Numbered from the stretch's first letter, positions 38,593 through 53,589 are shown. The stretch: 64,000 nucleotides of DNA from the human T2T-CHM13v2.0 reference genome, Homo sapiens (GCF_009914755.1 NC_060941.1); one strand, 5' to 3'. The notes: a model not told the origin generated them from the letters alone. Made by a program: numbers and translations.

Positions 38593-39149
38593 TGTATTCA
38601 TTGTCCATTGCTGTGTAATCATTATTCCCAAAATTTAGCAGCTTAAAACAATACATCTATTATCTCACAGTGTCTGAGGGTCAAGAATTTGGGTGCAACT
38701 TAGCTGAGTCCTCTGCAAGCCATGGTTTCTCACAAGGCTGCAATCAAGGGGTTGGCCCAAGGTCTGCAATCTTATTTAATGGTTTGTGTAGGGAAGAATC
38801 TACTTCCAAGCTCATTCACATAGCTGTTGGCAGGATTCCGTTTCTTGCAGGCCGTCGCAATGAGGGCCTCCGTTCCTGACCGCATGGGCCTCCCCCTCAT
38901 GGCAGCTTGCTTCATCAAAGCATGCAAGCCAAGAGGGCAATAAAGAGCCTGCTAGCAACACTGATGTCACAATCTTCTGTAACCTAATCAGAAAAGGGAC
39001 ATCCTACCACCTTTGCGACACTGTTGGTTAGAATCAAGTCACTAGGTCCAGCCCACACTCAGAGACAGGGAATTACTCAAGGGCATAGATACCAAGGGGC
39101 AGGAATTCTGGGGTTATTGGGGGACTATCTTATAAGTTTGCCACCCACA
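38593..39149 (-). mobile_element. MLT1F-type LTR inserted in a MIR
   Basis: TGTATT..CCCAAAATTTAGCAGCTTAAAACAA..TCTCACAG; perfect 5-bp TSD GCCAT (38588-38592 / 39150-39154). Confidence 0.85.
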
Positions 39150-40259
39150 GCCATTTCCAGCTTTGTATCCCTGGCCACCTTCCTTAACCTCACTGAGTGT
39201 CCGTTTTTCCCTCTGTAACCATGGGGATGAAGACACTGTGTTCAGCATCAGGCATGTAAAAGGTGCTCAAGAAATGGTGGTTATTATGCTTCCAAGTGGT
39301 ATCAGCAGCCTAGGAGGCTAGGATAGATGTGCTGGGCTTTCGAGCAGCCAGACACACACAGGGAGACAGAAGAACCTACACACTGTGCAGGGACGGAGGA
39401 TGAGGTTCATGGGCCTCCCCAGTCTAGGGGGAGAAAGATTTGCTTAAGAAGCAGAGAATCATTTGCTTAGCGGGATTCCAGAGGCAGTGTCATAGGTAGC
39501 ATTTGGGGAATAGAATAAGTGGGGAACTTGAAGATGCTGGCCCAGGAACCCTGAAAGTGAGCCACACAGAGCTCCCCTATACATCACAACTGCAGGAAAA
39601 GGCCTGGGACTGCCCCCCTCAGGAACAGGGATTTGAAGTCTCAAGGAGCTGGTCTCCTTCCACAGGGATCAGCTGCTGCGGAGCTGAGTCCAGCACACGC
39701 TAGCTGGCTGATCGTGCAGGACATTCCTAGGTCAGATGTTTGCAAGCCAGGTTTGCACCAAGCACTAGATGCTCACACCACCAGCCAGTGCTTGGTGAAA
39801 GATGGTACCTATGGAGAGCAAGAACTTTCCTGGAAAGCTCTGCTTCACCCTGTTAAAACAATGATCTGATTAAAACCATAGCCAGATGCTGTAGGCCATG
39901 ATCCATGGAGAAGGAAAAGAACAGAATCCTTGAGTATCCAAGCTAGTATGACCTTAGAGGACTGCAGATGGGATGTCGAGGATCTGCGAGCCTCCTGAAA
40001 TTATGTACAAAATTACATGTGTGTGGCTGCACATTTTCCAGAGGGAGAAAACCTGTCCACCACATACAAACAGATTAGGAACAAAAATCCAATTTGGCCC
40101 TCCCATTTTACAGAGGAAGAGACTGAGGCCCAGGGAGTACCAAGGACTCTCCCAGGCCATACAGTTGCCTTTCAAGGGAGCTAGAGAGAGAACCCGGGCC
40201 TCCAGACTGCAGGCCAGCCCATTCCACCTTTCTTGGGCAGACTTGAAGTCTACCCTTCA

Positions 40260-40610
40260 CTAATAAAGCATTCTCCTAATAAAGCAGCCATGTCTCTGAA
40301 CAATGTTTAATTATTTTGCAAGAGAATGACTGTAATGGGCCACATGAAACTTAAAGGATTTTTAATAAAATCTCACATGCTCTGAGGGCTCCAGCTCCCT
40401 CCATGTGCCCCCCTTTGTTATTTCTCCTGATCCCATGAAGATATAGCATTTGTCACTGTTTCATTAGGAGCCACGGTGCCCCATGTTATTTATGAGTTTG
40501 CTATTTATTGAAAATTGTATTTTTGAGGGGGATAAAGGGGGAGCTGAAGTTTATCACAAAGAAGCCTTGGCAAGAAAATTAGTGACATTTCAAAGTATCC
40601 AAATCTCTGC
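40260..40610. promoter_or_regulatory. Candidate conserved enhancer
   Basis: Repeated CTAATAAAGCA, AACAATG next to TTAATTA, TTTATGA and TTTATTG; AT-rich with no recognisable repeat. Confidence 0.45.
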
Positions 40611-40779
40611 TCCTGTAAAGACTGAATGAGTTCACAGCCACCAGATTTCAAAGCATTACTGGAAGTCCTGTTCCAGGTGGGGGGCTGACTAGGGGCTCTT
40701 TGATGCCTTGATTGTCCTTAGGAAAAGATGATGGTTTTATAATCTCCTCCTAGATCTGGCCTGCATCCCTTTTTCTTTA

Positions 40780-42015
40780 AAAAAAAACAAAGTCTGTTTT
40801 TATTCAAAGTCATATATGCACAAGGTTAAAAACAGTTTCCTGTTAAAATACTTCTTACTCCCTGTTCTGTCCCCCCTAGACAGCCACATCTAACTTTTTT
40901 AAATGTCTTTTCTTATATTTACCTCCATTTTTCTAAATAATATGCTTCTACTGATATTTCTTGATTCATCAATTTTAGACACAATCTATTGACTTACTGC
41001 TAGAATAGACAAGGATTTATCTCACTCACACCACCTCCATCCCTCCTGCCATATCTCTATTTTTAGTTCTTCTATTGGTTACTTTTGTGATCTTCCATCC
41101 TCTACAGATGCACTTTTTAAAGAGAATTTGTACATTGTACAAAAAGAATATTTCTACCCCCATCCTTCCCTTCACCTCACCTCTCCCACTTCTACCTCCT
41201 AATGCTGTCTGTCATCTACACTTCTACTTTTACACTGTAAAAACTGATAATATCTACATCTACTCTGTAACCACAATAGTTCTTTCAGATTGATTCCAAG
41301 AGTTGAAAATCACTGAAAAGTATTTCTATTATTGTGCCTAGGTAAAGACTGTTCACTACAGAGCCAAGTAGTGTACTATAATCACAGTTTCATTTCAGAT
41401 ACAAATGTGTATGTGTGTGTTTATACGTTTTGAGTTGTCTTTCTTTATTCTTTAGTCCTAATTGTCTTTGTCACATTTCCAATTTTTTAAAAGTCTTTAT
41501 AAAGCCCATTCTACCGAGTTCCCCTTTTATTTAGGGACCACCACCACCCCTGCCTGCTGGAGCACTCAGTTCTCTTGCTTCAATCTGGACTGGTTGTTCT
41601 TTATGCTTGTGCACAGCTCTTCTGATTTCTATGTATAGCTTTTTGCATTCCCAGTCTTCCCCTATTTTGTTTACTCCCTTACTTATTAAAAGACATCCTC
41701 AAGTTGCTTCCTTAAAAAGGATTTATGGGAGACAGTCTATGGGTTCTTGCAATTTGAATAATGGGTTGGTGGGATGTAGAAAGCTTAGGTTGAAAATCAT
41801 TTCTTTCAGAATGTGAAAGTGTCTGATGTTGTTGATGACAGTCTGGTGCAGGTCTGATTCTTGTTCCTCTGAAAGTGACCTGGCTTCCTTCTTGGAAATC
41901 TTTAGAATATTCTCTTCTCCTGTGGCTCTTTTGACTCACAATGATGTGTGAATTGGTGTGGGCTCTTTTCATTTATTGTGTTGGATGCTTAAGGGGCCCT
42001 TTATTTCTTATTTTA
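40780..42015 (-). mobile_element. HAL1 (resumes at about 44065-44210)
   Basis: CAATCTGGACTGGTTG, AGGTTGAAAATCATTTCTTTCAGAAT, TCTGATTCTTGTTCCT are reverse HAL1 motifs. Confidence 0.65.
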
Positions 42016-42404
42016 AGCTGGAACTTACAGGTAGTTTTGTAGCTATTGTAACAAATTTTGTAACATATTATAAACTACACAAATACATATCAAGATATAA
42101 ACATTTCCAGGACCCCAATGAGTCCCTTTATGTCTCCTCCTAGTTGATAACTTTCCAAGAGTAGCCATTGTTCTGACCTCTATGACCATAGATTAGTTTT
42201 TCCTTTTTTGAGTTTCATCTAAATGGACTTTTACAGTATGTATTCTTTTTTTGTTTGACTTCTTTTGCCTAACATTTCTCTGACATTCACCCATATTGTT
42301 CCATGTAGAGGTTTTTAGTTCTTTTTCATTACTGCATAATATTTTGTTGTGTGTACAATTTCTTTAAACAAAGTTGATGGACATTTGGAATTGTCCCAAG
42401 TTTT

Positions 42405-42688
42405 TTAAAAACTATGTTTAGGGGGTAAAATTGCAGGCCTCTTGCATACATATGTTATGTTGTGGTGAAGTTTGAGCTTTTTGTGTACCCATCACCCAAA
42501 TAGTGAACATTGTACCCAATATGTAATTTTTCAACCCTCATCTCCCTCCCATCCTTTCACCTTCTATATTTTATCCAATGTCTGTTATGCCACCCTGTAT
42601 GTCCACGTGTACCCATTGTTTAGTTCCCCCTTGTAAGTGAGAGCATGCAGTATTTGACTTTCTGTTTCTGAATTATTTCACTTAGTAA
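42405..42688 (-). mobile_element. Truncated L1PA/L1PB 3' end nested in L1M
   Basis: GTACCCATCACCCAAATAGTGAACATTGTACCCAA; TSD AATTGTCCC(A/C)AGTTTT (42389-42404 / 42689-42704). Confidence 0.85.
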
Positions 42689-43201
42689 AATTGTCCCCAG
42701 TTTTGAGCTATTATAAACAGTGCTTCTACAACATTCTTGTACATGTCTTTTGGTGGAAATAAGTATTCATTTCACTTGAGTGTATATCTATAGATAGAAT
42801 GGTTGGATCACAGGGTAAGCATATATTTAGCTTTTGTAGATCCTGCCAAACAGCTTTTCAAAGTGATTGTACAAACCTAAACTACCACCAACAATGTTTG
42901 AGAGTTTCAGTTGCTCCACATTCTTGCCAGTATTTTCAGACCTTTATTTTTGCAATTCTAGTAGGGATGTAATGGTATTTAATTGTGGTTTTAATTAGCA
43001 TTTCCATGATGACTAATAATATTGAGCACTTTTTAATATGTTTATTGACCACTCTGTATTTCTTTTATTGACTTTCGTTGTAAAGTGCCTATTCAAATCC
43101 TTTGTTTATCTTAAAAGTAAAAATTTCTTCCTTTATGAATGAATTTATGTGGTTTCCTTATAGACTGTAGATACAATTCCTTTTTTGGATATATGTGAAT
43201 A

Positions 43202-43242
<41 letters not shown>

Positions 43243-43474
43243 CACATATACCTAAAAAAGGAATTTGATATATATCCTATATATATCAAATTCATAATAC
43301 ATATCAAGATATAAGCATTTCCAGGACCCCAGTGAGTCCCTTCATATCTCCTCCCAGTTGATAACTTTCCAAAAGTAGCCACTTGGGAAATTAGCTCATA
43401 TATATATATGTATATAAAATCAAATATTTTTCCATTTTTGGCTTGCCTTTTCACTATCTTAATATGGTCTCTTA

Positions 43475-43804
<330 letters not shown>

Positions 43805-44212
43805 TTAATAGGGTCTTATTTAATGATATTTTCTTTTATAATTAATGGGTTTTCTAATTCTGTTTAAGAAGCCTTTGCCCATCTCAAAGACATGAAGCAA
43901 TTCTTCTGGGGGGTGGGGCAGGTTTCCTTTGGAAACTTTATTGCTTTACTTTTTGCATTTATGTCTATGATCCATCCTGAATTAATTTTTGTGTATAGTA
44001 TGATATCAGAACTAAGATTCATTTCTTTTTCACATGGATCTCCAATTGGCCCAGTCTTGACAGACCCTTTCAGTGTGTAGATTCAGGTTATTCCACGTAG
44101 GCAATTATTTGTATTGTTTTTTAATAATCTTTACCCCTTTGTTTTCTCTGTTTTGGAGTTCCTATTATTCTGATGTTAGAATTCTTGGAATATTCCTCTG
44201 GGTCTCTTTTCA

Positions 44213-44298
44213 ACACACACACACATACACACACACACACATATTCTCTCTGTCTCTTTCTCTCTACCCTCTCCACACACACACACACACACACACAT
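44213..44298. repeat. Compound (CA)n-(TC)n-(CA)n microsatellite
   Basis: Direct reading. Confidence 0.9.
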
Positions 44299-45298
44299 AT
44301 GCCCTGTGTGAAAACAGGACCCTGAAACTCCCTCTCTGTACTAGATACTACTATGGGGAAATAAAGGAATTGGTGCAGTGTTATTCCCTCATATCCATGA
44401 CTCCCTCCTGCCATACCCACACTTACCACTGTAGCTGATAAATGAGATGGGGGGAAAATGGCTGGGGGAGAGGGAAGGTGAATGATAAGAAGGACAGGCC
44501 CAAGAGCTGTGTCCTGGACCAGAATTGTGGGATAGAGTTAAAACCAATAAAACTAGCATCTTTGCACCAAAGCCTCCCACCTCAACCCCCAGCTCAGCCC
44601 TGTGTCTTCTCAATGCCTCCTGGGAGCAAAATAATGTAAAATATCCTTCCAAGTAGCTAATCTGCACTACAAAGAGAAGTTGAGGGGAAAGACTTAGGCT
44701 ACAGGGAAGGATTCAAATTGAAAATGCTCAGGGGGGCCCAATAATAAAGACAATAATTCAGCTCCTTACTGAGCAAACCCAGAACAAAGAGGAGAAATTG
44801 CCGAGCTCCTACCTGAGTGGGATGGAGGGACAGGGAGCAGTGAAACGGACAGGTTGGCAGACAGGACTTGAACCACAAATGCCCCTTTGAGTTTCTCTGG
44901 AGAAACTTAGAGGTCTGTAGTTTTAATAAACCCTGTTATGGGGCCAAAACCAAACTTTGCCCTGGCTGCTTAAGGCTCCCAAGTGGAGCTGTAAATATTC
45001 CTGCCACAGGGTAAGCTTGACCAGAGTCCTGGATTCAGTGGGAGTCTTCCTGCACCTCCAAGATTTGCCCGTCCAAAGAAAGGAGTGGGCACTAACGTTG
45101 GAATCAACAGTTACACGTCAGGAAGTATGCTAGCTACTCTGTTCCTTATTGCATACAATCTCCAATGGCCCAGTGATAATGGTAATAATAAAATAGTGAG
45201 CACTTACTGAGAGCTCATTATATACTAGAGGCTGTGCTTTATCTCATTGTCCCTCACAACAAAACTGAGAGGTAGAACCTATTAATAACCCCCACTTT

Positions 45299-46668
<1,370 letters not shown>

Positions 46669-47684
46669 TAATAACCCCATTTTATATATGAAAAAAGTGA
46701 GGCAGAGCAATTTAGCAACTTGCCTGAGAACATATAATAATAATGGACAGAGCCAAGATTCAAACCCAGGTCTGCAGACCCCAAAGCTTCCTTTGAGGGC
46801 ATGGAGAAGTCCCCATGAGCAAGGACTGTGTTTCCTGTGATCACGACTGAACTTCTCCTTACTAGGAGCCCCAAGCCCTGGGGAAATGTCCACCACTGCC
46901 TGTGTGCATGGGGGTCAGGAATGGCCCCCATCAGGCCACAGCAATCAAATGGTGCTACCCTGTCCCAGAGGCAGTACTTTAACCACCGCTCAGAAAGGGC
47001 CACAAAGCACAACAAAGAAACTTTCCCTGGAAAGTTCTGTATAGTGTGGCCTAGGGTAGGTGAGCAGGTAAAAGAAATCTCTCCATCTGTGGCCCATCAA
47101 CTCACCAGAGGCCAAAGGCTCACACAATAAATAATGTTGAGGTATTCTTACAAAGTCCTTCATGCTCCAGTTTAATATTTCCCATACATCACCTCATTTT
47201 TCTCAATAAATATTCATTCCTCAATAAATGTGTATCAGGTGCCCATTCAATGCAAAGCAGTAAGCTGAGAAACTGTGGAAGATAAAGTGTTTTTATCATA
47301 AGATTACCCTAGGAGAGCAGAGAAACTAATGTCTCTAGCCAAGAGATGAGGAAATGTAGGCACCAGAACATTTCATGACCTGACCAATGTGACAAAACCA
47401 GACAGTGGTGATCTAATAGAGCCTAGATCTCTGGCCTATAGATCCAGGCTCTGTCTACACCATGCTGAATGTCCAGTCAATGTAGTCAAAGGGGACCTGG
47501 AGCAGAGGACCATCTCAAGGTCATCCTTGCCTCTGTTTTCCCATCTCAGAATGGGACTCATCCATTAGAGAAATATCACTCAAGACCACAAAAGTGGAAG
47601 CAAGTGGGTCTCACAGCAGACATTCCTTCTGCCTGTTCTGCTGAGACAAAACGGTAGCTCCCCAGCTTCAGAAAGAAGCCACTG

Positions 47685-47915
47685 CCAGATGCTGACTCAG
47701 CAATCCAGCTTCCTGCCTTGGAAGATCAGGGCCAAAGCAATCTTTTGATTGTTATTATTTTATGACTAATTTTCCAGGCAAATCTTTTATTTGTGCAAAA
47801 GCCCATCCAGCCTTGAGCACATTCTTCTTGTCTTTGAATTTTATCTCTCTTTTTAATTAAAAAAAAAACACTCACATAAGGAGACACAAATTAGGTCACC
47901 ATCAAAGACTGCTCT
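47685..47915. promoter_or_regulatory. Candidate enhancer with perfect MARE/ARE
   Basis: TGCTGACTCAGCA 47690-47702; also TTTTATGAC, TTAATTAA and CATCAAAG. Confidence 0.45.
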
Positions 47916-48214
47916 TCCCAAAGAGCATTTCCACAGATATTAACCCTGGCACTGCCACTTACTCAGGGGATGGCTGTTCACATCGCTTCACCTCTCTAGG
48001 CTCAGTGTTTTTGCTCTGTCCACCCCTCACATTCTAAGGTCCTGATTTATTGGCCTGAATCACAAAGACAAAACTCTATATACCTAGGATAGCATGACAG
48101 CCAAGTTGCCCAATGACCTTCAATGCAAACCAAAGGCACGCTTCCCCTGTTCTTGAGGATGACAGGCCCATTTGTTGAGCACCTGTAATGTGTCAGAAAC
48201 CTCATCTTTAATCT

Positions 48215-48958
48215 TCGATCACCATTCGATCGGCCAAAAGAATTCTTTTTAAATATAAGTCAAAGCATATCATTTATCTGCTCAAAACCCTCCAAGGCTT
48301 CCTTTTCACTTGGAGTCAAAACCAAAATCCTAACAATGCCCCACAGAGCCCTACATGACCTGCCATCTTGCCAGCCCTCTCTTCTCCTGCTGACCCCTAC
48401 TCACTGCACTGCAGCCATGCTGGGATCCTCACCGGACCATGGCACGCCAAGCATGTGCTCACCTGTGGGGCTCTGCTCTGGCTGTTCCCTCTACCTGGGA
48501 TTCTCTTCCCCCAGACCAGTGGTTCTCAACCAGGGGACAGTGTTGCCCCCAAGGGACATTTGATGTTTTTGGTTGTCGCAACTGGAGAGAGGGTGCTACT
48601 GGCACCTAGTGGGTAGAGACCACGGATGCTGCTAAACATCCTAAAATGCACAGGACAGTCCACATCACAAAGAATTATCCAATCAAGAATGTCACTAGTA
48701 CTAAGGTGGATAAACCTTGACCTAGATGGTCTCCTGGCTCACTTCTTTCAGGTGTCTACTCTGTCCACTTTGTGGAAAATAAAAAGCTGCCTAACTCAGC
48801 AGTCCCTGTCTCCTACTGCCTTATTTTTCTCCATAGAACTTAACACCCTCTGACTCCAGTCATTTCTCTTTTCCAGCTACCGTGTAAGCAGGGGCTTTGT
48901 TTTGTTTGCTGCCATATTCTCTAGCACCTGAAAGAGATTCTGAACAAATAAATCAATT
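48215..48958 (+). mobile_element. L2a 3' region interrupted by MER20
   Basis: CTGCTCAAAACCCTCCAAGGCTTCC..AAATCCTAACAATG..; end CTGAACAAATAAAT. Confidence 0.8.
48517..48719 (+). mobile_element. MER20 hAT MITE
   Basis: CAGTGGTTCTCAACCAGGGG..GGATGCTGCTAAACATCCTA..AATGCACAGGACAG..AAAGAATTATCC. Confidence 0.9.
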
Positions 48959-49020
48959 CTCTCCATTTCATAAGTGGAAACTGAGTCCCCACTTGAGCTA
49001 AGCGCCTTGCTCAAGGTCAC

Positions 49021-49470
49021 TGTGGTGGATACTGTGGTATGCTGCCAAGGTCTCCCCCTAAGGGCTGAGGCTCTCACTTTCCCAGCTGCCAGGTCTGCTG
49101 ACAACTGAGGGCTCACAGCTGAGTCCCTCTTCAGGCATTGCCTTCAGTCAAAAGCTGCCTCACCCAAGCATATGCCCCTTCCCTGGAAAGCCCACCTCCA
49201 ATGACTGTTCTACAAGAGTTACAAAGGTACAGCCTCCTTTTCCTCAGTCTGGGATAATGTTCAAGTGCTATTCTAGCCCCAGAACTCCCCCAGGGGGTTG
49301 GCTGAGGCCTCTGCTGCAACAGCAGCAGAGTGATTCAACTTCTCCCTCCACCCCATCCTGCTTCCCTCACTCCCTTACAGGTATTTTTCCTGAGTGCACA
49401 CCCCTGTAAACCTTCTGCACACAAATTTAGTTCTCCAGAATCTGTTTGCAGGAGAAACTGACCTATGGCA
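49021..49470 (+). mobile_element. LTR16-type ERVL solo LTR inserted in a MIR
   Basis: TG...CA termini; perfect 5-bp TSD GTCAC (49016-49020 / 49471-49475); CAACTTCTCCCTC..CCTGCTTCCCTCACTCCCTTACAGG. Confidence 0.85.
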
Positions 49471-51529
49471 GTCACAGAGCTTGAACACAGCGGAACTGGG
49501 ATTCTAATTCAAATGGGATTGACTCGGACACCATTACTCTTTCTGTTCTTCCACAATGCCTCTGCCTTGCCTTTGATCAGTCATGGTGGGTTAGGGTCTG
49601 GGGATCCCCAGGTGAATATGACACAGGCCTTGTCTTTAGGATATCCTATTCCTCTGGAAGAAGCAGTTCCTCAGGAACAGGGTGCCAAGGGCAGAGCAGA
49701 TGCTGGAGGAACCCATGGGCAGCCCCACTGGGATAGGCTATCTTGGGATCTAGACCACAGCAATGCCCCTGCCAAAGGTCAACAAGACAGGTCCTCTGCT
49801 CCAGGCTCAGAGCCTACAACCTCCAGAGAGGATCTCAGCCAGCAGGGCTTACAGCAGGCACTGCTACATGAGTCCCCTGCGGTAAACATGGACCAAAAGC
49901 CACCTAGGTGTCTGTTTTTTTGGAAAAGGATGTAGAATTCCCAGTCCCTGGCTGGGTCCCTGCAGGCTCAGCTTAATTCTCAGCTCCTTGAAGGCCTAAT
50001 ATCCTCTTAAATGTCCTTCTTCCAGCTTCTCCTGAGGTTTGGCGCTGCTCTGATGACCACCTTTATCTTTTCTGCAGTTTCTCTCCATTCTCTCCTGTGG
50101 CTCCGCCTGTTCCTGGGAGTCTCAAGAAACTCTCCAAACATACTCGCCCTGTCTCCTATGATTCCACTGCCCAGTGCCACTTCCCAGGCCTCTATCACGC
50201 CTCTCAGATGCTCAACAAGTATCAGAAAGGAGAAAGGGAGACAGGAAGGAAAGGAGGAAACAGAAAGGGAGGAAAAGGGAAGAGCAGTTGTTGAGGGAAA
50301 TGTGAAGAAAGATCAAATGATAGGGATGCCCTATATTTATCTGTTTTAATGTCTCAGGCCTCCAAAGCATCATTTAGTGTTTCTCCAAACACTGTCATCC
50401 TCCAAGGCAGGTCCCTTGCCTTCAGTTCACAGCTGGAAACACTGGGCCTCAAGAAAAAGGGAGAAAGCTTTCCTGAGTACATTCCGAAGCAGCAGCAAGT
50501 GATTCAGATCTTGGGCATCCTAATTGCCTGGCAATGCTGAGACCCTGGGTGTGAAGTACTAATGGGCAGATTCCACCCACGTAATGATCAGAGAGTGGTG
50601 AACAGATGCTTGCAGGCAGATCAGAGCCACATCAGCAGGAGCGGGAGTCACTCCAGGCATTCTTCACATCCCCTGCTGGCTTCAGGTAAGGGCCGCTGGG
50701 CCTCAGGAGAGGCACAGTTTCTGGGGGAAACCACAGCCCTGGTGCCTTCAGGGAACAGAGAGTACATGCACTCTCTGCTATCCAGCGCTGGCTTCAGAGG
50801 CTAAAAGGCTGAGGCCTAGCTCCAGCTCGTCCTCCTATTTGCTATGTAGCCTTGGCCAAGTCTCTTTCCTATTCTGGCCTCCGTCTTCCTGCCTGTAAAA
50901 TGTGAAGGGTGGATGCAGTGGTTTCTGAGGGACCTCCAGAAGGGAGACCTCCAGGATCCAGGGCCCACCAGGTGAGAGACACACGTGGACCAGCCCCACA
51001 TTGAGGCTCACTCAGTCCCTTCATGGGGTTGAACACCAACCTCGAAAAACCAGAGGCAGCTGGAGCCCCTCAAGGTACCTGGCCTAGTCCCCCTCGATTT
51101 CCTCCAGGTCTGTGCATCTAGACTCCTGGTTCTGGGGCTGGGCCCTGAACCTCTCTTAGCTGTAGAAGAGGAGGAAGAGAAAGACTAACACTTGCTAAGC
51201 ACCTCTTCTGGGCTGGGCACAGAACCATTGGCTTTTACACACATTTCTTGCTGGGATCCCCCCAGTGAGTGGTCTTATCCCCACCTGAAAAATCTAAGGT
51301 TCAGGGAAGTTAAGTAACTTGCTCAACATCACCCAGCTCTTGGTTGCCAAGGTCAGAATTCCAGCCTGGAGCAGTGCATGTTTACCTTTGCATTGTCAGA
51401 GAAGTCATTTGCCATCAGATCCCATCCCTTTCCTCTCCAAACCAAAGATCCCCTGTGCATTTTGGAAGAGGAAGACAGCATGTTGCCCTGAGAATCCAGG
51501 TTTCAGGGCTCATGTGAGAGGAGGTCAGA

Positions 51530-51745
51530 CATAATGGAAGAAACCCAGGCTCTGGGGGCAGCAGCCTTGAGGTTGGGTCCTGACTCTGCTACCTGCTAAC
51601 TAGGTAAACTTGAGCAAGTTATAACCTCAATTTTCTTATCTGTAATGAAAGGATATTAATATCTGCTGCATGGAGTTGTTGCAGTAATTGAGCCTGACAA
51701 TGGATATAAAAATATCTGGCATAGAATATGTGTTGGATAAATACA
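51530..51745 (+). mobile_element. MIR
   Basis: CTTGAGCAAGTTATAACCTCAATTTTCTTATCTGTAA. Confidence 0.75.
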
Positions 51746-52879
51746 ACCCTCCTTCCATTTCTGCACAGCCCAGCTTCTCTTAGGCTCAAGTTCTGATTCT
51801 CTCTCATATTTTAAGCCCTGAGGGATGGGCTTGGATACATTTACTCTAGCAAAATGTCTCTATCATAAAGGCAAGCTCAAGAAAGTGGTTTTCTTCCTCT
51901 GCCCCCGGCCACAGAACCCCATCAAGGAGGCACAGTGCAGGCAGTGGCCTCGGAAGCAGAGCTGGCCATAGCAGGCGCTGCCTTCCTCCCCCAAGCCTCA
52001 GAGCTTGCCATCTCTATGCCTTCCCCTTCAAGCTGAAAGCTGGCACACAGGCACCACAAGCCAGATGTTTGAGTTTTGTTAAGAGCAGCTTAAATAAAGC
52101 TTTTAGAACAATAATTCTCAGCCATCAAAGGGACATTTCTCTTCTGGCTTCATCTCTGACACACAGGAGATTTTTAAAAGAAGAAACAGGGGAGGAAAAC
52201 AACGCCTCTACAAAGCAGGAACATTTTTAAAAGCACAGCGATTTTGCCATCATGCTCTAGCCTTTCTGATATCTCCAATGAAAGAGGAAAGGAATTTCGT
52301 GGAAGAGCCAATTTTTCCCAGCTCTTGGCACACATCTGGAGCCCCAGAAGTGTCTGGGGGAAGCTGAACAGGTGGTGGCCATCTGACAAGCCCCCTAAGG
52401 CAGAGTTTAAAGAGACATACACTTGGATGACATTGCCAAGTTGGGAAGTTTGCCTCTCTCTCCCTTCTGACACCTCTTCTTCTCCCAATCAAGACTTTGC
52501 CAAGAGTGTGCTTTAGGAAGGGACAAAGCCCACCCCTCCAACTCCATGCAAGAGGGCACCTGGGAGAGGGACCTGAGGCTGGATGCCCCTTGTAGCCTAG
52601 AGTTCTCCTTCCCAAGGAAGGTGATAGTAAAGGGAACACAGAAGGTAACACCACCCAGAAGGTTGGCATACACATGGTTGCAAACGCTTCCAAGAGCCAG
52701 GTACAACACATCATTGTCATGGTATAAGTATCTACTGCTAGGAGTTGAAGACCAGATTCCTAGAGACTCTGCTAAGCCTGACGTAGCTTTAAAACAAACC
52801 CTGCCTGGTAAGAGCCATTGGAGGAATCACCTGCTCAAAAATGAAACAAGGCTTTCAATAATGATCAAATGGCTACCAT

Positions 52880-53515
52880 CAGATCTGTCCTCCCTCAGAT
52901 AACAACTATAAACTCTGGAAAAGATATTTTAAAGCTACTTAAAGGCACTGGTGAAACAAAAAGCAGGCAAAAATGGAAGGGAATTGACACTTGGAAGAAT
53001 AGCAATGGGTGGACTTAATGTTTTTAAAGCTTTTCTCCTGAGGGCAGATCATAATCAGTGTCACATACTGTAGCTAAGTTTATAGGAAATCCACAGTCTT
53101 AGTTGCTTGAAGAATCAGAGAAAATGTGGGTGAACAAATCCAGTGGAAAGTGATTTGAGAAATCCTATAAGGGAGAGAGTCACAGAGATTAAACCCCAAT
53201 TTCTATGTATAAACTGCCCAAATCTCTGGCTGATCCTTCAGCATACATACATAGGGAAGGCTCCAACCCAGCTAAGATTAAAAGAAATAAACTGAGGTTT
53301 TGGCTACTGTGCACCAGAGGTGAGACAGAGTTTGAATTCTGAGTTCAGCCAATTTTTTTTAAATCAACACTCTTCAGAGGAATACAATAGAACCCAGAGT
53401 CTCTCCAATATATCATTCACAATGTTCATGATACTATCCAAAATTACTAGACATATGAAGAAACAGGAAAATGTGACCATACTCAAGAGAAAAGGCAATC
53501 AATTGAGACCATGGT
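52880..53515 (+). mobile_element. Old L1M 5'-end fragment
   Basis: AAATCAACACTCTTCAGAGGAA..CCAAAATTACTAGACATATGAAGAAACAGGAAAATGTGACC. Confidence 0.65.
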
Positions 53516-53589
53516 GACTTGACATTGTGGCTTCAATGGAACAGAAGTGGGCCTGGAATAAGAAATTGCTTTGCAGGGGAAGCTCTAAC

